Shown piece after piece: positions 11,640 through 24,109 of a stretch of DNA of 42,061 bases. Positions within the stretch are counted from its first letter, which is position 1; each line of letters starts with the position of its first letter. Source of the DNA: Chiloscyllium plagiosum (taxonomy: Eukaryota); NCBI RefSeq assembly GCF_004010195.1, contig NC_057717.1, positions 107,228,585-107,270,645 of the forward strand. The letters are read 5' to 3'. Both the position numbers and the translations under genes were made by a program. The notes under the pieces are model-generated. The model searched no databases. It saw nothing but the letters and a program-made list of their open reading frames with translations, and was not told the origin of the DNA.

Positions 11640-13780
11640 TCATTTGCCCCCATCTGTCCAATCCACTAACTTATCTATCTCTTACTGCAGTTTTCTATTG
11701 TCCTCCTTACAATTTACAATGCTTCTGGGTGTTGCATTATCCAAAAAATCTGAATTTTTTCCCTGCACACTAAGATCTAGATCACATATATGTATCAGGA
11801 AAAGCAAGGGCCTCAAATTCAAACCCTGAGGAACTCTACTAATAACTGTACTCCAGTGCAAATAATCGCATTAACCATTACTCTTTGTTTCCTATTCTTC
11901 AGGCAATTGTCATTCAGCCAAGTATCCATATACCCTTTTCATGAGTCTATTGTCTATGTTCAATACGTTTGGAAGTTCATGTTCATATCAACAGTCTTTC
12001 CATCATCAACTGTCTCTGTTACCTTTTCAAAAAACTTCAGCAAAATAAGTTAAACATCACTTTTTTGTAAGAGATCGGTAGATGCTCATCTTAATTAATC
12101 CACATTTTAACAAGTAACTATTAATTCCATCCTGAATAATTGTTTCTAGATGTTGCTCCCCCACTGAAGTTAAACTGACTGGTCCGTAATTGTTGGTCTT
12201 GTCCTTACAATGTTTTTGAACAATGTGATAATGTCAGCAATTCTTCAGTTTGATGACACCAGCTGGGTCTACATGAAGAGTAAGAAAGATTGAAAGACTG
12301 TATCTACTGCCTCTGCAATTTTTATTCTCACTTTCTTCAACATCCTTGAATGCATTTTATCTGGTCCCAGTGCCTTATTAATTTTAAATACTTACATTCT
12401 ATCCAATATCACTTCTTTGCCAATTTTAAATCCTTGTAATGATTGAGTTCCCTTTGGTTTCACCATGGCCAAAGGTAGCATCAAATTTCTTGGTATAAAT
12501 TCTGTGTCTTACAATCTTATACTCCACAACCACCTGATGAAGGAGTAGCGCTTTGAAAGCTAGGGCTTCCAATTAAACCTGTTGGACTATAACCTGGGGC
12601 TGTGTGATTCTTAACTTGGTAAAAACAATTGCAAAGTATTCATTTAATACATTAGCAATACTCCCTGTCCATGTGTAAACCTCTCCTTGGTCTCTATTTG
12701 ACCCTAATCCTTCTTTTATCACCTTTTGTACTGTTTATGTACTTTTGTATTCCCTTTTATGTCAGCTGCTAGTCTTTTTTTCATTTCCCCTTTTTGCTGC
12801 TCTTATTTATTTTTTAACCTCTCTTATGAACCTTTTAATTCAGCTGGTTTTCAACTGTATTTTCTATCTGGCAGCAATTATAAGCACACTTCTTTCTTAA
12901 CCATTACTTTATTTTTCAGCCTTGGAGCCCTCAATTTGTTTGTCCTTCCTTTCCCTTTTAAGAGACTATACCTCTGTCTGGCCTGAAGTATCTAATTTTT
13001 GAAGGTAGCCCATTGTTCAACAACAGTTCTCTCCATCAACCTTTGGTTCCAGACTACTGCCCCATCTCTATTCTTGCTCCACTGATGTTAACTCTTTGCC
13101 AGTTAATTGTTCTTACTCTGGTTTTCCCTATGTCCTTTCCACTGTCATCCCAAATCTTATGATGCTATGATCACTGTCCCCTAAAAGTTTCCCCACTGAG
13201 GCTGCTCCAATTGGCTCATTCCCAAGAAGAGGTCAAGCAGTATCTCTTTTTTCATTGGTCTGGACACAACTATTGGAGAATATTCTCCTGAACACAATCT
13301 AGTATTGCTTGCCCTTCACAGCTCTTTACACTACCCCATCCCAGTCTATACGCATGTAATTAAAGCTCCCAGTTATAAGTATAATATTACTTAAATACTC
13401 TAATGCTTACATCTCGTGGAGTTCTCTTACATCCTTCCCACTAGTCAATGGACTGTAGACTAGACTGAGAAATACCCTCTTTTAATTCCTTAGTTCTAAT
13501 CAAATCAACTCAATCCTTGAACCCACTGGGACATCCTCCTTCTGAAGAATACATTGAACTCCTTAACAGTACTGCCACCCCTCTTTCTTTTCTTTCCTTC
13601 CTTACTTGCTGAACACCATGTAATATTTAACACCTAGTTCTGTCTTTCCTTGAGCCACATCTATTACAGATGTAACATCAAAATCCCATGCAGTAATCTT
13701 TATCTGTAACATAGCAATTTTAATGTCTGTACTTTATGCACCCATTCACACGTAGTGTAACCCTGATTGAAACATTTCTT
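11640..13780 (-). mobile_element. Older, heavily decayed CR1 LINE (EN to RT)
   Basis: Minus-strand SVGKLLGDSDHSIIRF near 13150-13200 and NYGPVSLTSVG near 12160-12195. Confidence 0.7.
12496..12614 (+). mobile_element. Family B Penelope-derived element with hammerhead motif
   Basis: CAC-CTGATGA(12534-12540)-A-GGAG-TAGCG-CTTT-GAAA-GC-TA-GGG. Flanked by CTTGGTA at 12489-12495 and 12615-12621. Confidence 0.8.
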
Positions 13781-14883
13781 TTTTCCTTTCTGTAGCTTCA
13801 CCTATTAATGTACAATCGTCTAATTTATGGACAGGATCAGACTCATGTTACTCTTCCCAAAGAAATGACTTGCCAACACACACTGTTGTAAGGGCATACG
13901 TGAAGAATGACCATGTCGATAGAGAATTAAGAGTGGAACATTACCCTCAGCAATACGCACCACCTTGAACAAAAAAATAGAGATTACAATTAAAGGGGAA
14001 AAATATCTGGGTTTCAGACATGGTGAAATAAATTACCAAGACTAATTACTGACGCAGTGCATCCATTGATACAAAGATAACTGTGTAAATACAACTTGAC
14101 AGCTGCACACTGGATTATCATTCCTACGACCATCTCTAGATTTATTCTCAAAACCATACCTACTGGAATACCAATCAGCAGTCACTGAGGTAACCGTCTA
14201 TCTACACAGTCCAAGCTTGTAGTTTGTTTTCTGTGAGAGTGTTGTGGAGAGAAGTCCATTAAGATTAATATTGATGTCCATACTTTCAAAGATTGGGGTC
14301 AGATTAGAAAAGTATATTTACCACAGTTTATGTTACCCAGGCAACACTATCCAAACGGGTTCACAGATTGCAATCAGTGTGCAGGTATTCTCTCTGCTGT
14401 GGATTTATAGGCGCATAAATAAAATAATTAAATACTAACCCTGTCACATTTTTCTCCCAGGTTGGAACAAATGTCTGTCCTAAGTGATTTAATGAGTTGG
14501 GTGGGAGTGGTATTTTGGATTGTTTGTAATTAAGGTCAACAATCAGTGATCCTGACTAGCGAATGGGACAACCTCCTGCTATTGTGATCCTGATCAGAAT
14601 CCTACTGGTGACTGGTGTACCTGATGATGTACCATTCACTGTTACTACTGTAATTTAATTGATACTGAACACATCACCACCCTCTGTGTCAATGGATGTG
14701 CAGTCTAATATGCTGTAGAAAGTGACAGATGTAAACAGCTGGACACCTAAAACTGCCATGATCTGTAGCCACATGGCATGTGTAATATTTATGCTACTCA
14801 CACTAACCCAAGCTGCAGTTCACAATTATACCGTGCAGACTTGCCAACAAGGAAAATGTGTTTCTGTTGGACTTTTTAAAAAA

Positions 14884-15184
14884 TGGTGGCTCATTGTGCC
14901 TCACAGTGCCAGGGACCCAGGTTCGATTCTAGCCTTGGACGACTGTCTGTGTGGAGTTTGCACATTCCCCTGTGTCTGCGTGGGTTTCCTCCGGGTGCTC
15001 CGGTTTCCTCCCACAGTCCAAAGATGTGCAGGTCAGGTGAATTGGCCATTCTAAATTACCCGTAGTGTTAAATGCATTAGTCAGAGGGAAATGGGTCTGG
15101 GTGGGTTACTCTTTGGAGGTTGTGTGTGGACTTGTTGGGCCGAAGGGGCTTTTTATCACACTGTAGGGAATCTAATCTAATCTA
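14884..15184 (+). mobile_element. HE1-type SINE (older subfamily)
   Basis: B-box GGTTCGATTC, conserved core, (TCTAA)n tail. Confidence 0.9.
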
Positions 15185-15729
15185 CTGTCATTTTCCCTTG
15201 CACTGCTGCTTCGGTTTTACAATCTGCTTCACTTTGCAAATAAGGAATCAAAGCAAACAGTAACATCTTTATCTGAAGCAGATGCTTCTAACACTGGGTC
15301 AGATTAAGAAAAATAAGTCTGGCTTCATGTTCCTCCTGTCAGTTCAGAGACCGTAGCTGGAAAGTGAACGTGTGTGAATAGTGGGTGAGGAGAGGATTAG
15401 GCTTAGTTGTGATGACTTCCAGGATAAATAACTTGATAATATTCTGTATCTTGGCCTGCACATGAAGAGTGGCTGCACTGCTGAGGAATTATAAAAACTG
15501 ACATTTGTGGAACCATACTCAGGAACAGCAAATGTTATGAAGGGCAGAGGTAAGTGGGCAGAGGAATGAATATTGATGAGAAATAAATGTAAGCAGAAGA
15601 AATGCATTAATGGTCCATAGCAGCAGCAGGAGGCAACCATTCAGTCCTTTGAGCCTATTTTCACCATTCAATCAGATTATGGCTGATCTGCTTATTTTAC
15701 AGTGGTCTAGCAGATTAGGCTAACGGGGT

Positions 15730-16250
15730 ATTTGCATTTATATAGCACCTCATCATGTTTCTCAGGATCATGGCTTCACATACAGAGTTAGTTTGGGGTA
15801 TGGCAATTTTGTTTATTCACACAATGACAACAGCCGATTTCCACAAAGCATCATTCTTCAGTCATCATGAGATATTTAACTCTACTGGAGTAAGTTAAAA
15901 TCACACAACACCAGGTTATGGTCCAACAGGTTTATTTGGAAGCACTGTGCTCTGAAAGCTAGTTCTTCCAAATAAACCTGTTGGATTATAACCTGGTGTT
16001 GTGTGATTTTTAACTTTGTTCACCCCAGTCCAACACCGGCTCCTCCACATTTATTGGTGTAGGAAGAACTCTCTGTCCTTCAAATAATGTCATGGGAACT
16101 TTAATATCATTTTGAACAGGCACCTGGAATAACACCTAATCCAAAAGGTGCTAGATTGGACAGTTAAAAAATTTAACCAAAGTTAGGGTACTCCAGCAAA
16201 ATGTGCCTCTCAATCAGAAACGTAGAAACTTTTAGACTTTAGTGAGTTGA
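15730..16250 (-). mobile_element. Decayed Deu-domain-like SINE, split by a family B element
   Basis: L2-like tail TTGCATTTATATAGCAC and a Deu-like segment CTTCAAATAATGTCATGGGAACTTT. Identified by recognition only. Confidence 0.45.
15893..16050. mobile_element. Family B fold-back element, hammerhead 5' core deleted, one-sided tail
   Basis: Inverted arms of ~55 bp around CTGTGCTCTGAAAGCTAG, followed by the tail TTTGTTCACCCCAGTCCAACACCGGCTCCTCCACAT. Confidence 0.8.
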
Positions 16251-16708
16251 TTTAGGAGAAAGAAAAGACAACCAACATCCCCACTACTGACACTGTCCTT
16301 ACTACTAACAAGCACAAGTGTCTTAGCATAATGTGAGCACAGGTGGAATCAACTTCACAGGTGAATGGTTTTCCTGAGTTGACAGAAGAGATCAGTATTG
16401 GCTTTGGATGTTTTGTCTGAGTCTTAGTCATGCACTTATGTTGAATTTTGGGATGTCTTTTAACTGCCCAGTTTGTACTCTGATTTGCTAAATGCAACTT
16501 GTAAAATTCTAGGCAGCACCACTCTTTGTCAGTAATCATTCAAATTTAGGGTAGAGGTTTCCCTGCAAACACTGCTGCATTCCCTCGCTAACACTGTTCT
16601 AACTTTAAAAATACACAGCTGAAACCTCTGCTCTTTTTTCTCAGCCTAAGTTACCAAGATTTTGAAGGGAGTCCCACGGCATGGCTCAGCAAGTTTGCTT
16701 TCTGTATG

Positions 16709-17022
16709 ATTAGATTAGATTCCCTACAGTGTGGAAACAGGCCCTTCAGCCCAACAAGTCCACATGGACCCTCCGAAGAGTAACCCACCCAGACCCATTT
16801 CCCCACTCTGTCTAATGCACCTAACACTATGGGCAATTTAGCATGGCCAATTCACCTGACCTACACATCTTTGGACTGTGGGAGGAAACCAGAGCACCCG
16901 GAGGAAACCCACGCAGACACAGGGGGAATGTGCAAACTCCACACAGACAGTCGCCTGAGGCTGGCATCGAACCTGGGGACCTGGTACTGTGAGGCAGCAG
17001 TGCTAACCACTGGGCCACCGTG
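16709..17022 (-). mobile_element. HE1-type SINE (older subfamily)
   Basis: Reverse complement of the HE1 head, core and tail; (TTAGA)n at the left end. Confidence 0.9.
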
Positions 17023-17231
17023 TTGACCCATTGTATCTTACCAAAATCACCTCATTAATCAGCTACACTGCCTGTATGGCACTCTCACATCTGATTCAAG
17101 CCCTATCCTGCCAAACACCATTCCCAGAACAACTCACCTATAATCCCAAAAATCACTGGCATCCCATGCACCCACACCAGGCCAAACACTGTCAGTCCAC
17201 AGCTGCACAGTTCAACTCCTCACATTTAGTC

Positions 17232-17506
17232 TGTACATGGCAGACAAGGAGGAAATTGGCATCCTGGTCTGTGGACAGGGAACTGAGGATTCTGTTGGAT
17301 GGGCTGACGCAGTGATGGGTCTGGCGACAGCAGCAAGGGTGATCTGGGCATTATATTTTCCTATTGTTTTGTTAATTTCTGACCTTGTTTTTAATTCTAA
17401 CTATTGTATTCTAAGATGGTGCCAGGAGAGTGGTGACTCTGTACACTTTTGACTGTACTCTTGTACTTGGCTACACATGACAGTAAAATCTAACCTAATC
17501 TAATCT
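17232..17506 (+). mobile_element. Unclassified retroposon 3' end
   Basis: Ends CACTTTTGACTGTAC...CACATGACAGTAAAA(TCTAA)n, similar to the end of 34830-35395. Confidence 0.45.
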
Positions 17507-18010
17507 CCAAGACTGGCAGCTGAGTCCCTGACACCAGACCATGCTAGCCTAGACCAAAGTTGGAATGTGGATTAAAGCAGTCTCAAAGTCTGCCCAGTAC
17601 TGTAAAAGGTCAATACAATTCTCCACTCTGCCAGTGTAAATGCCACCATATTCTCACTGACACTTCACCCTCACTCTATTTTTGCAATTGTACCCATCTC
17701 TAGCCTCTACCCCACTCAATATTGCTGAATACATTTCACTTTACCTGCTGTTCCTTACCTGTTGTCACCCATCACAACCTCTGCCCATGCAACCTGCATA
17801 CACGCTGCATTGCCAAATCACTCGGGTCACTTCCCCAAACTGCACAATAGTATTAGCTGTACCACCACTTTCTTCTCCCTGAATACTTACGCCTTACTTA
17901 TTCCAGAAAGAAAATGTCTCATCACAGGACAGAAGGAGTCAAAAACAGGTGGAGGTTTGCCAAACCCTCAGCGCCTACCCCATACATGGCTGACCCTGGC
18001 TGCCCTGAGA
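17507..18010 (+). pseudogene. Remnant of a Harbinger/PIF-type Myb/SANT-like ORF with an apparent intron
   Basis: After acceptor TTATTCCAG (17906) the sequence reads KKMSHHRTE, then frameshifts to SKTGGGLPNPQRL, resembling the KTGGG motif of Harbinger Myb/SANT proteins. A decayed upstream segment (QTMLA*TKV...QYCKR) lies at ~17530-17630. Confidence 0.45.
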
Positions 18011-18170
18011 GGCTGATTGACTAAAACCAAGACCCTGGACTCATTTCAGAGGCTTTCCTAGGCTTACTGCGCTGGGACTCCCTGTTAGAAGGCAATCCCC
18101 CTTATCTTGACTGAGACTTTCTGACAACCATGACAGGATCGTTCCTCTGTGTCTGCATTAATCAGCGAGG

Positions 18171-18367
18171 TTTGGAGGAGCCGGTGTTGGACTGTGCTGT
18201 ACAAAGTTAAAAATCACACAACACCAGTATATAGTCCAACAGGTTTATTTGGAAGCCTTATCTTGTGGAGCGCTGCTCCACAACCACCTCATGAAGGAGC
18301 AGCACTCCGAAAGCTAGTGCTTCCAAATAAATCTGTTAGACTATAACTTGGTGTTCTGATTTTTAAC
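18171..18367. mobile_element. Family B fold-back element; hammerhead core has G5->C
   Basis: Left tail plus inverted arms; CAC-CTCATGA(18288-18294)-A-GGAG-CAGCA-CTCC-GAAA-GC-TA-GTG. 12-bp TSD TAAT(C/T)AGC(G/A)AGG at 18159-18170 and 18368-18379. Confidence 0.85.
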
Positions 18368-19139
18368 TAATTAGCAAGGCAAGACAACATATGATAGTGA
18401 TACTATGAGCAGCCAGATTGGCTCAGAGTGAGTTTGCACTATGACAGCAACCAAACAAACTGGAGGCGGAGCCTAGTCTAGTCCATTGTTTGGGTGTGTG
18501 TCCCTAAGCACACAGTTTCTTGCAGCTGCATTACAATGGTAGTTGCCAGTACAACCTAAGGCCTAAGGTGCAGCATAATATTCTTAACGGTTGGCACATG
18601 TCCTTAGATGTGGGGTGTGAGTGGTCGGTTCCATGGAGAGCGCCCTGAGATGTTGTCCAACGCGAAGGTGCTTCGGAGCAAGTGGTAAGCTGAAGAGGCC
18701 AAATTGCTCTGTCTTCCATGTCAGATTTTCCTGATGTTGATCTTGTTTGGCGAATTTGGTAGGAAAGAAAGCTGAATGTTAATGAGGCAAATTGAGCCGT
18801 CAACAGGGAATTAAATAATTTGAAATCATCAATTGGCAATTCTCACCGCTGTCTTGTGAAAAGCATACAAGATGGAGCAAGCTGTCTCAGTGTTGAGATG
18901 GGCCTCACTGGACATCTCATTGGATTCTGCCAGAAATCTCACTATAGCGTGTGTTGGTCAGACCCCTGTCAGATTCAACTCATGGTATCCACCATTCAAA
19001 GATAAGAAGTGCAATAAATATTCTTTGTTAATATACCATAAAGGGCCTAGTTAAGTCCACAAATGCAGGAACTTGTTGATAATTATTTGGTTAAAAATCA
19101 CATAACACCAGGTCATAGTCCAACAGGTTTATTTGGAAG

Positions 19140-19174
19140 CACTAGCTTTCGGAGTGTTGCTCCTTCATCAGGTG
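19140..19174 (-). ncRNA. Minimal type I hammerhead ribozyme motif (intact core)
   Basis: Minus strand: CAC-CTGATGA-A-GGAG-CAACA-CTCC-GAAA-GC-TA-GTG. Confidence 0.75.
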
Positions 19175-19604
19175 GCTGTGGAGTATAAGATCATAAGACA
19201 CAGAATTTATAGCAAAAGTTTACAGTGTGATGTAACTGAAATTATGTATTGAAAAAGACCTGGATTGTTTGTTAAGTCTCACATCTTTTAGAATGAACAT
19301 GTTGGTTTCAGTTCTTTCATATGTAAATCACAGAACCTATTTTTAAAGTTACATTCTCAAGTGAACTCACACCTTCAATGCATTATCTGGGCCAACATGG
19401 CACCTATTGTGAAAGTTCATTTGAGAATGTAACTTTAAAAACGTTCTACAATTTACTTATGAAAGAACTGAAACCAACATGTTCATTCTAAAAGATGAGA
19501 GACTTAACAAACAATCCAGGTCTTTTTCAATACATAATTTCAGTTACATCACACTGTAAACTTTTGCTATAAATTCTGTGTCTTATGATCTTATACTCCA
19601 CAGC

Positions 19605-19639
19605 CACCTGATGAAGGAGCAACACTCCGAAAGCTAGTG
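19605..19639 (+). ncRNA. Minimal type I hammerhead ribozyme motif (intact core)
   Basis: Stem I CAC/GTG, core CTGATGA (19608-19614), stem II GGAG/CTCC, GAAA (19629-19632), palindromic AGCT stem III. Predicted cleavage after CUA at 19636. Confidence 0.75.
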
Positions 19640-20529
19640 CTTCCAAATAAACCTGTTGGACTACGACCTGGTGTTGTGTGATTTTTAACTTTGTCCACCC
19701 CAGTCCAACACTGTCACTTCCACATCATAGTCAATATGGAAATCTGCGGATGTCAGGAAGTTCCTGGAATCTCTTTTGGATCACTATGAAGCTGTGACCC
19801 CAGTTTAAATTCTACCCACTTTACTCCAGCAAGCGGGTTTTCTATTAAAGTCTTCCAACCATCTCATTAAAACTCAAGACTTCGCTTCCTTTAGCTTTGA
19901 TCATTTTTCCACATCTTCCAGAAGCCATGAGCCTCACTGAGATTCAGTTCCACAGATAGCAAACATTAAAATTATTGGCAATTCTTCGTGGGTGAGCCAG
20001 TACAGTTGAATATCAATTAACTGTCTAACCACAGATGACGTAACTGACCAGCCATGCCATAGACCCACGTGCACTCAAGCAAAAGGATGGGGTGAGTGTG
20101 TAGCTGCCAGTTAAGGTTTATCTTCCTGATCTAAGAGGATGCTCAGTTAATTTAGTATGGACCAGGCTATATTTAGCACCTCTGTGGTCCATATGGCTCA
20201 GCTGCTGACTGTCCTCAGCCACTGATCTATGAAACAACATAAATCAGCCTGTGGCTGGTGTGAGGCACTGTGGGTAACTCTGCCTTCAGCACAGCTTGTC
20301 CTGGTCACACCTAATTTACATAAAAATCCAATTAAAATGCCGCATTGAAAATTTAAAGAGCACGAGCATCAATTTAAATATATGATTTTCGTTTTAAATG
20401 CATTCATGAGAAGTAAACTTTGGTAAACACAACCATAAAATGAAAACATCTTAAATCTCTGAACATTCTGTTAACTTATTTTCTAAACACGGTGAACACT
20501 GAAATTTGATTAATATCTCAGTTAATGAT

Positions 20530-20812
20530 GGGTGGCTCAGTGGTTAGCACTGCTGCCTCACAGTGCCACAGACTGGGTTCGATTCCAGTCTTGGGTGACT
20601 GTCTATGCGGAGTTTGCACATTCTCCCTATGTCTGTGTGGGTTTCCTCCCACAGTCCAAAGATGTGCAGGTCAGGTGAATCACCCTTGCTAAATTTCCCA
20701 CAGTGTTAGGTGCATTAGTTAGGGGAATGAGATGGGTTACTCTTCGGAGGTCGGTATAGACTTGTTAGGCTGAAGGGTCTGTTTCTATACTGTGGGGAAT
20801 CTAATTTAATCT
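20530..20812 (+). mobile_element. HE1-type SINE (older subfamily, small internal deletion)
   Basis: GGTGGCTCAGTGGTTAGC head, B-box GGTTCGATTCC, HE1 tail. Confidence 0.88.
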
Positions 20813-21216
20813 CTTGGGAAATCCAGACCCTAATCTGCTCATGCTGTTGCTTCTGTGTATGCGGCATCTGCTTCTGTGAAAATTGGGCTACCTTTCCAAC
20901 ATTACAAAGGCAGCAAGCAATGAGTGCTCTTTCTCTCTTCACCTCTCTACCCAATACTGCATGTTTCTTGAGTTCCGGACCCTGTGCAGTCGCACCTTTA
21001 GCTGTCTGCTGACAGTGTAAGAAAGAGGAAAGTTTGTTCAGGATATCCCATCTCAATTCATTGCCGAGTTGCTATCACAGCAACTAATATTTTTCTCTTG
21101 ATTTTGCAGCAGTATTGAGCACTACTAAATCAGTCACATTTATACCTTGAATGGTTAGATGGAACAAGAATTTCAAACTATTTGTTCCATACATTAATAT
21201 GTCAAGTTCAAATTAT

Positions 21217-21525
21217 TTATAGAGTCATACAGCATATACAGACCCTCCAGCCAACTATGTTTATGCTGACCAACAAACACCAACCCATGTACACTAATCC
21301 CATTTACCTACACTTGGTCCATAGCATGCTATGCCCTAGCAATTTAAGTACTCATCCAGATGACTCTTAAATATTGCGAGAGTACTTGTCTCCACTACCC
21401 TCTCAGACAGCATGTTCCATATTTCTACTACCCTCTGGGGAATTTTTTTTTCTCAGATCTCCTCTAAGCCACTTACTCCTCACTTTAAACTTATGTCCTA
21501 TTATCTTAGCCACATCTGCCACTGG
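21217..21525 (-). mobile_element. CR1 LINE 3' end
   Basis: ATAGAGTCATACAGCAT 3' UTR, similar to the sequence from 10511 onward. Confidence 0.65.
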
Positions 21526-21544
21526 GAATTTATCATAACATTTC

Positions 21545-21695
21545 CTACTTTACAATATTGGTAAGCACTACTTTCATCTCCACTTCTGTCCAGCTCCTGT
21601 AGCCACATTTTAGGATGGACAAGATGGTCCTTGAGAGGGTGCTGAGGAGATTTACCAGAATGCATTCAGGGAAGTGGGGTTTTAGCTATGAGGTT
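21545..21695 (+). mobile_element. CR1 ORF2 fragment
   Basis: Translates as PHFRMDKMVLERVLRRFTRM. Confidence 0.65.
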
Positions 21696-21697
21696 AT

Positions 21698-22007
21698 GAT
21701 TAGATTCCCTACAGTGTGGAAACAGGCCCTTCAGCCCAACAAGTCCACAAAAACCCTCCGAAGAGTAACCCACCCAGTCCCATTTCCCTCTGACTAATAT
21801 ACCTAACACTATGGGCAATTTAGCATGACCAATTCACCTGATCTGCACATCTTTGGACTGTGGGAGGAAACCGGAGCACCCGGAGGAAACCCACGCAGAC
21901 ACGGGGAGAATGTGCAAACTCCACACAGACAATCCCCCGAGGCTGGAATCGAACCTGGACCCTGGTGCTGTGAGGCAGCAGTGCTAACCACTGAGCCACC
22001 GTGCCGC
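21698..22007 (-). mobile_element. HE1-type SINE (older subfamily)
   Basis: Reverse complement of a full-length HE1 copy. Confidence 0.9.
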
Positions 22008-23010
22008 TAGGGACGGCTAGGGATATTGAAGGACCCAAAAAAAGTGATTTATACATAGAGGCAGGGGACATGGCTAACGTGCTAAATGAATTTGAAGCTG
22101 TCTTTACCAAAGAGGGAGATGCTTTCCTATGGTGACACAGATGGGTTCAAAGTTGATAAGGAGGAAGTGTTGGTCAGATTACTGATTCTTAAAATTGAAA
22201 AGACACCAGTATTGGATGAGATGCATCCAAGGATATTGAAGGAGGTGAGGATGGACATTACAGAGGCATTGGCCACAATCTTTCAGTCTTCCCTCGACTT
22301 TGGGGAGGCCCAGAAGACTGCAGAGTTGGAAACATTATGGCCTTGTTCAAGTAAGGTTGTAAGGATAAGCCCAATTACAGACCAATTAATTTAACTTCAG
22401 TCATGGGTAAGCTTCTAGAAACAAATTTTCGGAATAGAATTGGTAGTCTCTTGGAAAAGGGTTTGGATGAGCCAGCATAGCTTCCTTAAAAGGAAATCAT
22501 GTTTGACCAATTTGCTGCAGTTTTTTGAATAGGTAACAGAAAGACTCAATGCAGTTAATGAGGTGCATTAAATGTCTTTCACAAGCCATTTAATAGAGCT
22601 TGAGGATAACTGTTTCACAAACATGGAGTAAGCTAAGGAGGCAGGTCTCCATGAATTAAGGCAGATGGTACAGGGATTGAAAACATGTTATTGGCTTTAT
22701 TCTGCACCACACTTTTGTAACATATTAGCTTATGATAGGTTTAAATACGGTAAATTTTAAAAGCAAAACTGTTCTCCATTAGCTGATGATGCAAGGATGA
22801 AGGGACACAGCTTTAAAGTTTTGGCTAGGAAATGGAGGGAGGATGCGAGGAAGAATATTTTCAAGACAACAAGTGGTAATGATCTGGAACTCACTGCCTG
22901 CGAGGGTGGTACAAATAGAGAAGATGTATAACTTCAACACAAAATTGGATGGGCACTTGAAGAAAATAAATTCATAAAGCTTTGGGAACAGATAAGGAAA
23001 TGAGACTGAC
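22008..23010 (+). mobile_element. Decayed CR1 ORF2 fragments
   Basis: KTPVLDEMHPRILKEV...ALATIFQSSLD; KGKSCLTNLLQFFE; IFSRQQVVMIWNSLPARVV near 22860. Confidence 0.8.
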
Positions 23011-23699
23011 ACTGAAATGCAATTCAATGCTGTACTTCCAAAAAGACACTTCATCACCCATACTGCCTCCTTTCCTTGCTGTCTCAGCATTTTCTGATGC
23101 ACCCACTAAAAGAGTGAGAAAAATATATTTCTTCGCAGAAAGATCTTTAACACATTTTTGGATATCTCCGTGCCCTGGATTTATTTTTACTATGAAAGGG
23201 CTTATGTCCTTCACTTTTGGCATCGTTGACTAAATTTAGAATCACTTTGAATGTTCACTATCTAAAATAGACCTTGCTTCCCAAGCCCGGTCTCACCAAT
23301 TTTTTTCCATTACCTCGCATAATCCACTTTGATTGGTACTCCAAGGGTCAGTTTATTTGTTAACAGTTTGATTGATTCAATGTTTGCTTAACCAAGACAC
23401 CTGAATTGTCAGGCTGAAAATGAGACACTCCCACCTCTCCTCCCTATACAGGGCTCCTAAGCTGATCAGACAACATGAGTGACAGAGAGCAACCTAATTC
23501 CTCTGGTGTCACTTCTATTCATTGCAATGAGGGCCAGCCTGGCAACCAATCTGAAGGTGGCAAAGCTCAGGAATGTATATTACTTTTTTGGGTAGTCAGA
23601 CAGAGGTCAAGGGAAAAGCTAATGTCCAGAAACAGGGAGGACAGTCTCTGTCAGGCAGGACAATTCAAGTGAAGTAACAAAGGGATGATGTCACTCTCA

Positions 23700-24075
23700 A
23701 TCTTAAAATGTACATCCTTACTTTCAAATCTCTAAATGGCCTCACGTTGTGGCTTTGGCTGCAACCTGCACTAACCCTACAGCTCACAAAAATTTCCAAC
23801 CTCCTTCAATTCCAACTATTTGTGCATTTCTGAGTTTAATCACTCTACCTTCACCAGCTTGGGACCATTAGCTCTGGAACTCCCTTTCTAAGTCTTACTT
23901 TCTCTCTGTTTGCTCCTTTCAGGTGCTTCTGAAGACCTACCTCAGTGATCAAGAGTTTGATTATCTGCATTGACAGCATCAAGATTGTTTGGTGTCAAAT
24001 TCTGATCGATAACACCCTTCTGAAGCACTGTGGAACAGTTTACTTTAAAGGAGCTATATAAATGCAACATGTTGT
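23700..24075 (+). mobile_element. L2-type LINE 3' end
   Basis: ILTFKSLNGL-like remnant and tail AAAGGAGCTATATAAATGCAA. Confidence 0.55.
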
Positions 24076-24109
24076 CTCTGATGGCAATATTTGAACTTTA
24101 TGTTCAACA

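Larger units (their letters stand above)
19090..19727. mobile_element. Family B long fold-back element (inverted Penelope pLTR pair + tail)
   Basis: Arms 19090-19367 and 19414-19689 are near-perfect reverse complements around a 46-bp spacer. One-sided tail at 19690-19727. Confidence 0.92.

Noticed and set aside
19090..19689. DNA-transposon MITE interpretation of the fold-back elements
   Set aside because: One-sided tails, long variable TSDs in sibling copies, variable arm lengths and linkage of family A to GIY-YIG fit Penelope retrotransposition instead.
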